In this document: piece after piece, positions 54,701 to 61,273 of the stretch
Layout of the letters: each line of letters begins with the position of its first letter
Numbering within the stretch: the stretch's first letter is position 1
Virus record (IMG/VR): IMGVR_UViG_3300020202_000892
Location: 1,667-65,666 of that record
Reading direction: 5' to 3' (one strand)
From: a virus
Length of the DNA stretch: 64,000 nt
Program-made: the position numbers and the translations under genes
The notes under the pieces: model-generated
Databases searched by the model: none
Seen by the model: the letters and a program-made list of their open reading frames with translations, nothing else
Told to the model about the DNA's origin: nothing

Positions 54701-56066
54701 CGATCAGATCCCGGTCGACGACCCGGACTACCGGACCTACGTCGCGGGGGACGTCGGAGCCGCCCGGATGCTCGCCGCCCTGCAGGCCTCCGAGATTGCC
54801 GCGCTTCCGCAGGCGCAGCAGGACTACCTCTGGCGCGAGCACCGTGTGCACGCGATCGCGGCGACCATGGGAGCGCAGGGCTTCCTCGTGGATCAGGAGC
54901 TGCTGCAGCGTCGGTTCTGGACCGGCTACAACCGCAAGAACGACCTGAGCCGCGCGCTGATCGCCCGCTACGGCATCCCGACCGTGAAGGCCGACGGCAA
55001 GCGCGCGGAGTCCCCAGCGGCCACCAAGGGCGGCAAGGAGGCCATCCTGGCCGCGTTCGCCTCGCTCGGGGTGGACGTCGACACGATGGAGCGCACGCCC
55101 AAGGGCGCGATCGCGTTCGGCAAGGTGCCGATGGAGAATCTCGCCGAGGCCTACGCCGAGCACGCATGCGCCGAGGAGATCACCGCGCTGGCCGAGCTGG
55201 TGGCCGACGTGAACGGGGTGCGCACCGTCTACGGCACGGCTCTGGAGGCGCTGCGGGCCGACGGCCGGGTGCACCCGGAGGTGGCGACCCTGCAGGCGTC
55301 CGGCCGGTGGTCGGTGCGCAAGCCGGGGCTGACCGTGTTCGGGAAGCGCAACGGGCGCCATGTTGAGCGTGCGGTCTTCCGGGCCGCGGAGGGCAACGCG
55401 CTGTTCGCGATCGACCTGTCCCAGATCGACGCGCGGGCGATCGCGGTGCACTCCCAAGATCACGACTACCTGGACCTGTTCCTGCCCGGCCGCGACGCGC
55501 ACGAGATCGTGGCCCGGATGGTGTGGGGTGACGCGGTCTACGACTCCGACCGCAAGCGCTACCGGCAGGAGATCAAGGCGATCACCCACGGGCTCCCGTA
55601 CGGCATGGGGGTGCCGAAGCTGGCCGCGCACGCGAAGGTGTCCGAGGAGCTCGCACGCCGGGTGGTCGACACGATGAACGAGCGCTTCCCCCGGCTGCAG
55701 GCTTGGAAGGACGAGGTCCGCGAGGAGGTGCGCGCCGGCAAGCCGCTGGACAACGGGTTCGGCCGGGTCATGCTCGCCGACCCGGATCGGGCTTACACCC
55801 AGGCGCCCGCGCTGATGGGCCAGGGCACCGCTCGAGACCTGATGATGGAGGCGTTGCTGCGGCTGCCCGACTTCGCCGTGCGGATGCTGCGCGCCCAGGT
55901 GCACGACGAGGCCGTGTTCGAGGTCCCGCTCGTGCTGGCCGACCAGATCGTCCCGAGGATCGAGCAGGCGTTCAACTTCGAGTGGGCGCCCCCCGGCGCC
56001 TCGCGTCCGGTGCAGATCGTGGCGGAGGCGGGCAAGCTGGGGGTCTCGTGGGCCGAGTGCTACTAG
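51777..56066 (+). CDS. Primase (Toprim)-SF3/D5 helicase-family A DNA polymerase fusion
   Basis: Toprim IVEG...LDAD; Walker A GEGRNGKG; exonuclease VFDLET, GHNVVHFD; Pol motifs DLSQIDAR, RQEIKAITHGLPYG, QVHDE in one ORF. Confidence 0.92.
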   Translation: MSYPDPSHDEVPQHVTPFSPLASEKFRRSGLDEDFVRSMGVRPVLTPDDLPEGIRGENYAPVPGVLFPWSDGPDSEKVWQYRPDKPVEEGLKYVFPKGRHQPFGLVRPASRYPQRIAIVEGTLQSLVMARYAPDDVAVYAIPGCWGWSHEEKPASGLGVVDGSDVYVFLDADAGTKIDVYTAGAELEKALRARGAADVWFARLPVRGSNGVDDFLGSVEPEGRAKAVGALLEGAKHKPADAKPKGKTRRGNDLFPTNDTILATTWADQNRDVFRWLADDEGWMRFRLGRWEETGPSVVGSSVGVFLAGVAEAYQAEGDDDEVKTLLSQSKLAAVRARASAYDAIHVQRAQLDRHPRLWNAGNGVIDLESGGFFEHDPNLMMTTGSDVPYLPDAACPRFDEFFADILPDEEVRAFLLRLFGVAMFGEVRGDAQIFPVLIGEGRNGKGALVRIMEKLFGRHAVKVSASALLERKFEAHSQEVIKLRGKRLATAEETSQNARWDTARIKSWTGGDTLVGRFMMQNDEEFVPSHTLLMSTNHRPNVSMDESAFWMRYREVPFTVSVEGREDPTLEPHIIGQELPGVLNRLLAGVRDYLDRGLAAPAAVVVATEEARAETNRLAIFAEEMLVVTNDENDRVLHADMRDRAEKWWSQHVRNEPFPSDRGRGKFVPLLRSALGLVEGVVGNPRPIGKGSGQRTTWVGVRWLGDGGGGSRGSAPLLPLNRADLAPAAPAPAEGHEKVTEAPEGGLPHSDGGSALKSAPSNDLDDDNIAGQEVVSERSAPSAPRKVLVSHIGRDEEGYLNGSEGDVCVVGASTDRAIGQTAPHGAAPAALGDPVVFDLETADAEHLYDHPDPRGFVRIAGRTTPDGVVVDAGPDAVIEAVLSSRRVIGHNVVHFDLPALARVDGRVDVLTMTRDRRVLDTMITESVLHPILNDKSAGAVAKAAKWFKLDAVCERRGIGGKVDEIARLAKLHGGFDQIPVDDPDYRTYVAGDVGAARMLAALQASEIAALPQAQQDYLWREHRVHAIAATMGAQGFLVDQELLQRRFWTGYNRKNDLSRALIARYGIPTVKADGKRAESPAATKGGKEAILAAFASLGVDVDTMERTPKGAIAFGKVPMENLAEAYAEHACAEEITALAELVADVNGVRTVYGTALEALRADGRVHPEVATLQASGRWSVRKPGLTVFGKRNGRHVERAVFRAAEGNALFAIDLSQIDARAIAVHSQDHDYLDLFLPGRDAHEIVARMVWGDAVYDSDRKRYRQEIKAITHGLPYGMGVPKLAAHAKVSEELARRVVDTMNERFPRLQAWKDEVREEVRAGKPLDNGFGRVMLADPDRAYTQAPALMGQGTARDLMMEALLRLPDFAVRMLRAQVHDEAVFEVPLVLADQIVPRIEQAFNFEWAPPGASRPVQIVAEAGKLGVSWAECY
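53914..54255. repeat. Iteron-like repeat cluster (TCTGCCCYA core), putative replication origin
   Basis: About 9 direct and inverted copies in a visibly AT-richer segment of the helicase-polymerase linker. Confidence 0.65.
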
Positions 56067-56081
56067 TGTTACCCTGATCAT

Positions 56082-56303
56082 GTGGCACACGTGGTCGACG
56101 AGGGGCTCGGCAACTCCCGGCGGGTTCCGTGGGAGGACTACACCGACGGGCGGGTCTGGGAGCTGGTCGCGGGCGAGGACTACGACCAGGACGACGAGCA
56201 CGCGCGCCGTGCCGCGAAGGCCTGGGCGTATCGCCGTGGAGCGGAGTTCCGTACCTCGGTACCCTCGCCCGGCCGGCTGCGCGTGCAGTTCGTTCCCCGC
56301 TGA
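56082..56303 (+). CDS. Hypothetical protein
   Basis: PWEDYTDGRVWELVAGEDY motif. Confidence 0.65.
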   Translation: MAHVVDEGLGNSRRVPWEDYTDGRVWELVAGEDYDQDDEHARRAAKAWAYRRGAEFRTSVPSPGRLRVQFVPR

Positions 56304-56312
56304 AGTCGGGGG

Positions 56313-56342
56313 TTGCGGGGGGACGGCGTAGCGCGCTACAGT
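56313..56342 (+). promoter_or_regulatory. Promoter for the ncRNA-Ro60 operon
   Basis: TTGCGG-18 nt-TACAGT. Confidence 0.6.
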
Positions 56343-56518
56343 AGTTGCAATGCCGCAAGGCAGAATCGCCCGGGAGCTGGCCTCGCCCGGGACAGACGGA
56401 GCAGATGGCTGACGGTCGGGAACAGAGGGCCTCGTGGTGGGGGCCCGCGGGAACGACCGGGAGGAGCGGGTGCCAGGTCACGGCTCACCACCGTGGACGG
56501 TGCCCTCCTCCTCCGAAC

Positions 56519-56589
56519 GCCCCGCTGGTGTAGCGGTAGCACGCCTGCCCCTCAAGCAGGTGGCACGGGTTCAACTCCCGTGCGGGGTA
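56519..56589 (+). tRNA. tRNA-Glu (CTC)
   Basis: Acceptor GCCCCGC/GCGGGGT, D GTGT..GCAC, anticodon arm CCTGC-CCCTCAA-GCAGG, T arm ACGGG-TTCAACT-CCCGT; CCA not encoded. Confidence 0.88.
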
Positions 56590-56742
56590 CGAGGATGGGC
56601 CGGAGGAGCTCGGTTAACTGTTAATCCATGTGTCGCTGGTTCGAGTCCAGTCGGTGCTCCGTAGCCATTCGGACGCGCTGTAGCTCAGTTGGTAGAGCAA
56701 TGGCCCGCAAGGGTATCCGGATCCGCAACACGCCCGACCCCT
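56590..56742 (+). ncRNA. Y-RNA-like unit 1 with circularly permuted tRNA module (Asn-GTT-like loop)
   Basis: Closing stem GGATGGGC/GCCCGACC; T arm, loop-closed acceptor stem, then D arm GCTCAGTTGGTAGAGC. Confidence 0.7.
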
Positions 56743-56859
56743 ATAACTGGATATCGAAGGACGGGCCGATCGCCATCGGTTATCCGCTGCCAGGGCTTCG
56801 GCCCATTGTTCTGGGGTTCTAGCGGGCCCCGCCCGGTGGTGCAGCGCCACGCCCGTCCT
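56743..56859 (+). ncRNA. Y-RNA-like unit 2
   Basis: Stem AGGACGGGC/GCCCGTCCT; shared ATAAC..ATATCGAAG leader and TCGGTT; GGGC-TTCG-GCCC hairpin. Confidence 0.6.
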
Positions 56860-56860
56860 C

Positions 56861-56965
56861 CAACTACATAACGAACGGGCCGGATGTCATCGGTTCTCGG
56901 CTGGAAGGCCCGAAAGGGCTTGCCGTTTCGATCACGGCGCCCGGTGTCAGCAACACGCCCGTTCG
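56861..56965 (+). ncRNA. Y-RNA-like unit 3 (contains a T arm)
   Basis: Stem CGAACGGGC/GCCCGTTCG; T arm GCCGT-TTCGATC-ACGGC; GCCC-GAAA-GGGC hairpin. Confidence 0.62.
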
Positions 56966-56967
56966 CC

Positions 56968-57120
56968 ATAACTCGATATCGAAGGACGGGCCGGAGGGTA
57001 GTTCGGTTACCCCTTGAGGAGGGCGTAGTTCGGGTTCGAATCCCGGTCCCCGACCCAACGTGTCGGGGATGGTGTAACGGCAGCACGCGCAAACCCCGGA
57101 CCCCACAACACGCCCGTCCT
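56968..57120 (+). ncRNA. Y-RNA-like unit 4 with circularly permuted tRNA module
   Basis: Stem AGGACGGGC/GCCCGTCCT; T loop TTCGAAT; acceptor TCCCCGAC-CCAACGT-GTCGGGGA; D arm TGGTGTAACGGCAGCAC. Confidence 0.72.
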
Positions 57121-57124
57121 GTTC

Positions 57125-57200
57125 GCCTCGCTGGTCCAACGGATCACGACGCATCCCTACGGAGGATGAGATCCGGGTTCAACTCCTGGGCGGGGCACCA
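57125..57200 (+). tRNA. tRNA-Arg (ACG)
   Basis: Acceptor GCCTCGC/GCGGGGC, anticodon arm CATCC-CTACGGA-GGATG, T arm CCGGG-TTCAACT-CCTGG, encoded ACCA. Confidence 0.9.
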
Positions 57201-57269
57201 GGCCCCTGGGGGTGCGCCGGTGATGCCGAGCGTTACGCACTCGCCCGGCAGGTAGCCGCCCCAGGGGCC
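57201..57269 (+). ncRNA. Unassigned structured RNA element
   Basis: 11-bp stem GGCCCCTGGGG/CCCCAGGGGCC enclosing GTGCG/CGCAC. Confidence 0.4.
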
Positions 57270-57274
57270 TGCTG

Positions 57275-57401
57275 ATAACTCGATAATGAAGAGTGGGCCG
57301 GAGACGGTCGGTTATCCTCACTCGAAATGAGGGTCGCCCGGTTCGATTCCGGGGTCGCCTGGTTGGCAGTCCTTTTCCGGCAGTCACAACACGCCCATTC
57401 T
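57275..57401 (+). ncRNA. Y-RNA-like unit 5 (anticodon arm CGA plus T arm, no D arm)
   Basis: Stem AGAGTGGGC/GCCCATTCT; CCTCA-CTCGAAA-TGAGG; CCCGG-TTCGATT-CCGGG. Confidence 0.68.
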
Positions 57402-57405
57402 GCTT

Positions 57406-57484
57406 ACAACCGAATATCGAAGACGGGCCGGATGCGATCGGTTCTCCTCTAACAGATCCCCGGTCGCAACTAACACGCCCGTCT
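57406..57484 (+). ncRNA. Y-RNA-like unit 6 (minimal)
   Basis: Stem AGACGGGC/GCCCGTCT; ATATCGAAG, CCGGA..TCGGTT and AACAC motifs retained. Confidence 0.58.
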
Positions 57485-57510
57485 CCTACAACGAGAGGAC
57501 GCTTTTCACC

Positions 57511-59139
57511 ATGTCGAACGACCCGCTCACGCTCGTCTCCACGCGGCGCACGCCGCAGAGCGAGCCGGACCCCGCGGTCGCCGACCGGCAGAAGCGCAAC
57601 GCCGCCGGTGGGTACGCGTTCAAGGCCTCCGACGAGGTCAGCATCCACCGCTTCCTGACGCTCGGCACGACCGGTGGCACGTACTACACCGGCGAGGCGG
57701 ACCTCACCAAGGCCAACGCGGAGGTGGTCCTCGCGGCCGCCCGTGAGCGTGGCGAGTGGCTGGTCGAGCGCGTGGTCGAGGTGTCGGTCGCCGGTCGGGC
57801 CCCGAAGCAGAACCCCGGGATCTTCGCGCTCGCCGCGGTCGCCGGGGTGGGCGACGAGCCCGCCCGCAAGGCCGCGCTGGCCGCGCTCGGGCGGGTCTGC
57901 CGTACCGGCACGACGCTCTTCCTGTTCGCCCGCTACGTGGAGCAGTTCCGCGGGTGGGGGCGCGGGTTGCGGCGTGCGGTCGGCGCCTGGTACCTCGACC
58001 GCCCGGTCGACGACGTGGCCTACCAGGCCGTGAAGTACCGCCAGCGCGAGGGCTGGAGCCACCGCGATCTGCTGCGGCTGGCGCACCCGGAGCCGGATGC
58101 GGACGACGAGGCTCGGCGCGCGCTCTTCCGGTGGATCGTGGACGGCGAGCTGCGCGACGAAGCGCCGGTACTCGTGCACGCGTTCCACGAGGCGCAGACC
58201 GCCGACCGCGAGTCACTGGTCTCGCTCGTGGCCGACCACGCACTGAGCTGGGAGATGCTGCCGGACGCGTCCCGTACCCCCGAGGTGTGGCGCGCGCTGC
58301 TCATCAAGGGGATGCCGCTGGGTGCGTTGCTCCGGCAGCTTCCGACGCTGACCCGCCTCGGCGTGCTCGACGACACGGACATGCAGCTGACCGTTCGCCA
58401 GCAGCTCAGCGACCCGAAGAAGCTGCACAAGGCCCGGGTGCACCCGGTCAACGTGCTGGTGGCACAGAAGACCTACGCGTCCGGGCGCAGCATGCGGGGC
58501 GACTCGACCTGGACCCCGAAGCGCAAGATCATCGACGCCCTCGACGCCGCGTTCTACGCCGCGTACGGCGCGGTGGAGCCCGCGAACAAGCGGACGCTGA
58601 TCGCTCTGGATGTGTCCGGGTCGATGGGGTCGCCAGTGTCCGGGATGCCGCTGAGCGTCCGGGAGGCGGCTGCGGCGATCTCGTTGGTCACCCTGGCCAC
58701 CGAGCCCGCGTGCGACATCGTCGGGTTCACTGGTGGGGGGCTCTGGCGGCGAGCCAGTGCGTCGGTCGGTGAGGCGATCAGTGAGCTGACGATCTCGCCC
58801 CGGCAGCGGCTGGACGACGTGGTCCGCTACACGTCCAACCTGCCGTTCGGCTCGACCGACTGCGCGCTTCCGATGATCTGGGCCGAGCGGAACGGCCGGG
58901 ACTACGACACCATCATCGTGATCACGGATAACGAGACGTGGGCGGGCAACACCCATCCCCACCAGGCGTTGGAGGCCTACCGGCGCAAGGTCGGGCACGA
59001 CGTCCGGCAGATCGTGATCGGGATGACCGCCAACGACGTGTCGATCGCCGACCCGAACGACCCGCTCACGCTGGACGTTGCCGGCTTCGACTCGGCCGTG
59101 CCGAACCTCGTTGCCGACTTCTCCCGCGGGACGGTCTGA
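57511..59139 (+). CDS. rsr: Ro60/Rsr (TROVE plus vWA) RNA-binding protein
   Basis: NAAGGYAF...RFLTLGTTGGTYY N-terminus; MIDAS ALDVSGSM; TDCALPM; IVITDNETW; LDVAGFDS. Confidence 0.95.
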   Translation: MSNDPLTLVSTRRTPQSEPDPAVADRQKRNAAGGYAFKASDEVSIHRFLTLGTTGGTYYTGEADLTKANAEVVLAAARERGEWLVERVVEVSVAGRAPKQNPGIFALAAVAGVGDEPARKAALAALGRVCRTGTTLFLFARYVEQFRGWGRGLRRAVGAWYLDRPVDDVAYQAVKYRQREGWSHRDLLRLAHPEPDADDEARRALFRWIVDGELRDEAPVLVHAFHEAQTADRESLVSLVADHALSWEMLPDASRTPEVWRALLIKGMPLGALLRQLPTLTRLGVLDDTDMQLTVRQQLSDPKKLHKARVHPVNVLVAQKTYASGRSMRGDSTWTPKRKIIDALDAAFYAAYGAVEPANKRTLIALDVSGSMGSPVSGMPLSVREAAAAISLVTLATEPACDIVGFTGGGLWRRASASVGEAISELTISPRQRLDDVVRYTSNLPFGSTDCALPMIWAERNGRDYDTIIVITDNETWAGNTHPHQALEAYRRKVGHDVRQIVIGMTANDVSIADPNDPLTLDVAGFDSAVPNLVADFSRGTV

Positions 59140-59148
59140 GCGAGGTCC

Positions 59149-59382
59149 ATGATGGACGCGCGAGCGATGCGCGCCCGGGAGGAGCACCGGCTGGCCGGCG
59201 AGTCCGAGCGACTTGCCGGCCAGCACCGTGCGCAGCGAGACCACCTGATCCGCGAGCTGCGCGCCGAGGGGTGGAGCTACACCCGGATCTCGCACGCCGT
59301 GGGTTGCGGGTGGGAGCTCGTCCGCGCGGTGTGCAAGAACCGGGTCGGTCCCGGCACCCGCAGTCGACATCGGGAGGGCTGA
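59149..59382 (+). CDS. Small HTH protein
   Basis: RDHLIRELRAEGWSYTRISHAVGCGWELVRAV. Confidence 0.75.
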   Translation: MMDARAMRAREEHRLAGESERLAGQHRAQRDHLIRELRAEGWSYTRISHAVGCGWELVRAVCKNRVGPGTRSRHREG

Positions 59383-59568
59383 GCCTGGGCACTGCGCGTC
59401 AACCCTGGGTCCAATCTGGGGAAGGGCGGTCATGATCCCGCCTGACTGGGGGAGCCGTACCTGCGCGCAGTGCCCTTCCCCCGGCTTCCGTGCTGTTCAG
59501 GCAGGTCACGGATATCATCTCGGCACGCGCCGGACGCTCCCCACGTTCCCCGGTGCGTGGAGGTGTGC

Positions 59569-60324
59569 TTGCCCGTGTCCACCGCGCTCGCAGAACCGCC
59601 CCGCACCACCCCTTCCGAGCATCGTTGCCTGCTCTGCCCGCCGCTGCGCCCGCGCCGTCCCGACGCCGGCTATCGCACCTGCAGCGGATGCCTCGACCGC
59701 GTCCGCGAGCGGCTCACCGAGGTGGGCGCCCGTTACGCCGTGCTCGACCCGCGCCCGGGGGCCCAGGGCGACGACGGAGGACCACGGCCACCCGGCTTCG
59801 GCTCCCGGTCCCCGGCTTCCGACCACGTGATCGCGGTGATGGACTGGCGCTCGAACCGGACCGCCCGCGTCTGGCGCGGTGTCGACGGCCGGATCCACCA
59901 GGAGTCCGATCGGCCGGCGCTGTCGGTGCTCGCAGAGCTGTTCACCCTCGCCCGACACGTCGCCGACGCGCGCGGCATGGATGGCCCGGCGCGCCTGACC
60001 GTCGCCGACATCGCCCGGTGGCTCGACGGTCAGCTGGACTGGGTGACCCGACAGAGCGGTGTGACCGCGTTCGATCGTGTGCTGCGCGAGCTCGTCTCCC
60101 AGCTGCGCCCACTGACCGGCGAGCCGCGCCCCAAGCGCGTCGGTCTGTGCCCGAACACCATCGACGAGGGTGAGACCACCCGGGAGTGCCGCACGCCGCT
60201 CTACGCGCCGCTCAAGGGCGACGAGATCCGGTGCTGGGCATGCGGTCGGCGGTGGCCGCGGGAGGAGTGGCTAAACCTCGGCCGCACGCTTCCGCCTCCG
60301 CCCCGGCGGCAGGTGGCCTCGTGA
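59569..60324 (+). CDS. Zinc-ribbon-containing protein (possible transcription regulator); start approximate
   Basis: CLLC...CSGC at N-terminus, CP...C..PL...IRCWACG at C-terminus; GGAGG RBS. Confidence 0.65.
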   Translation: MPVSTALAEPPRTTPSEHRCLLCPPLRPRRPDAGYRTCSGCLDRVRERLTEVGARYAVLDPRPGAQGDDGGPRPPGFGSRSPASDHVIAVMDWRSNRTARVWRGVDGRIHQESDRPALSVLAELFTLARHVADARGMDGPARLTVADIARWLDGQLDWVTRQSGVTAFDRVLRELVSQLRPLTGEPRPKRVGLCPNTIDEGETTRECRTPLYAPLKGDEIRCWACGRRWPREEWLNLGRTLPPPPRRQVAS

Positions 60325-60427
60325 GCAGCGGCCTGGCGGTACCGCGCCCGGATGGCGGGTGGACGGTCTACCTGTTCGAGAACGGGTTGCTCGTCCGCGT
60401 GCTGGACGTGGACCCCTGAGCGCGCCC

Positions 60428-60610
60428 GTGGACGAGCGGACGCCGGTGTGGGTCACCTCCGACATGGCCGCGTACTGGCTACGGACGACCTACCACGTGG
60501 AGATCACAGCGGCGGCCGTCCGGAAGTGGGCCGAGCGCGGGTACCTGCGCAGGCGATACGACCTGTGGGAGGTCGTGGAGGTCGCCCGCGAGCGCGGCGT
60601 GATCCAGTAG
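60428..60610 (+). CDS. Small MerR-like HTH protein
   Basis: SDMAAYWL...TAAAVRKWAERGYL...YDLWEV. Confidence 0.65.
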   Translation: MDERTPVWVTSDMAAYWLRTTYHVEITAAAVRKWAERGYLRRRYDLWEVVEVARERGVIQ

Positions 60611-60679
60611 GCTCGTGACGTAGAACGGCCCGGCGGTGCTGCGAACACCCCGGGCCCGGCCAGCTGAGTAGGAGCTGAC

Positions 60680-61135
60680 ATGTCCGACGATACGTGCTGC
60701 GCGCGCCTTCCGGAGGGTGAGACCTGCGGGAGAGCCCCGTTCGACGCGAGTCTGCCGTTCCCGCTGTGCACGAACCACCTGTTCGCCATCCAGCGGTGGG
60801 ACTTCCGGGAGGCCGCCGAGCGCTTCCGCGAGCAGCACCCGCAGCCGGTGGTCGTTCGCCCTGATCGCTCGATCGTCTACTACGTCCGAGTGGGTGACCG
60901 GGTCAAGATCGGTACGACGGTCAAGACGGTTCGCCAGCGATTCCAGGGGCAGCTTCCGCCGGACGCACAGGTGCTCGCTACCGAGCCGGGTTCGTACGAG
61001 GTGGAGCGGCGCCGGCATCGGCAGTTCCGGCACCTGCAGGACGCGAACGAGTGGTTCCACGGTGGACCGGAGCTCTGGGAGCACATCGCACAGCTGCGCG
61101 AGGAGCACGGCACGCCCGATGACCTGGTGGAATAG
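60680..61135 (+). CDS. GIY-YIG superfamily (T5orf172/MUG113-like) protein
   Basis: IVYYVRVGDRVKIGTT...ERRRHRQF...NEWF. Confidence 0.85.
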   Translation: MSDDTCCARLPEGETCGRAPFDASLPFPLCTNHLFAIQRWDFREAAERFREQHPQPVVVRPDRSIVYYVRVGDRVKIGTTVKTVRQRFQGQLPPDAQVLATEPGSYEVERRRHRQFRHLQDANEWFHGGPELWEHIAQLREEHGTPDDLVE

Positions 61136-61233
61136 CCCGCAACTTGACCATGTCTTCCGGGGCTGTCACACTCCCATCGCAGTCGGCAGAGGTGTCTCTA
61201 CCGGCCGCGATACGCATGATCGTCACCACACAA

Positions 61234-61266
61234 CGAACCCCGCCACCGTGCGAGTGGCGGGGTTCG
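61234..61266. terminator. Bidirectional terminator
   Basis: CGAACCCCGCCAC / GTGGCGGGGTTCG between convergent genes. Confidence 0.75.
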
Positions 61267-61273
61267 CCTGCGT

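Noticed and set aside
56405-56533. Short ORF MADGREQ... in the RNA leader
   Set aside because: Overlaps tRNA-Glu and lies in a hairpin-rich region; no coding hallmarks.
56612-56660. Canonical tRNA-Asn(GTT)
   Set aside because: The D arm and acceptor 5' strand lie downstream of the T arm, so it cannot fold as a standard linear tRNA gene.
57305-57362. Canonical tRNA-Ser(CGA)
   Set aside because: No D arm or acceptor 5' strand upstream and no long variable arm; treated as part of unit 5.
56590-57484. Repeat-spacer-like periodicity suggesting a CRISPR array or mini-array
   Set aside because: Repeats are degenerate, form paired terminal stems around structured tRNA-like interiors, and have irregular spacing; no cas operon is present.
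60680-61135. Mobile homing endonuclease inside an intron
   Set aside because: Free-standing gene with its own RBS; no interrupted host gene or intron structure evident.
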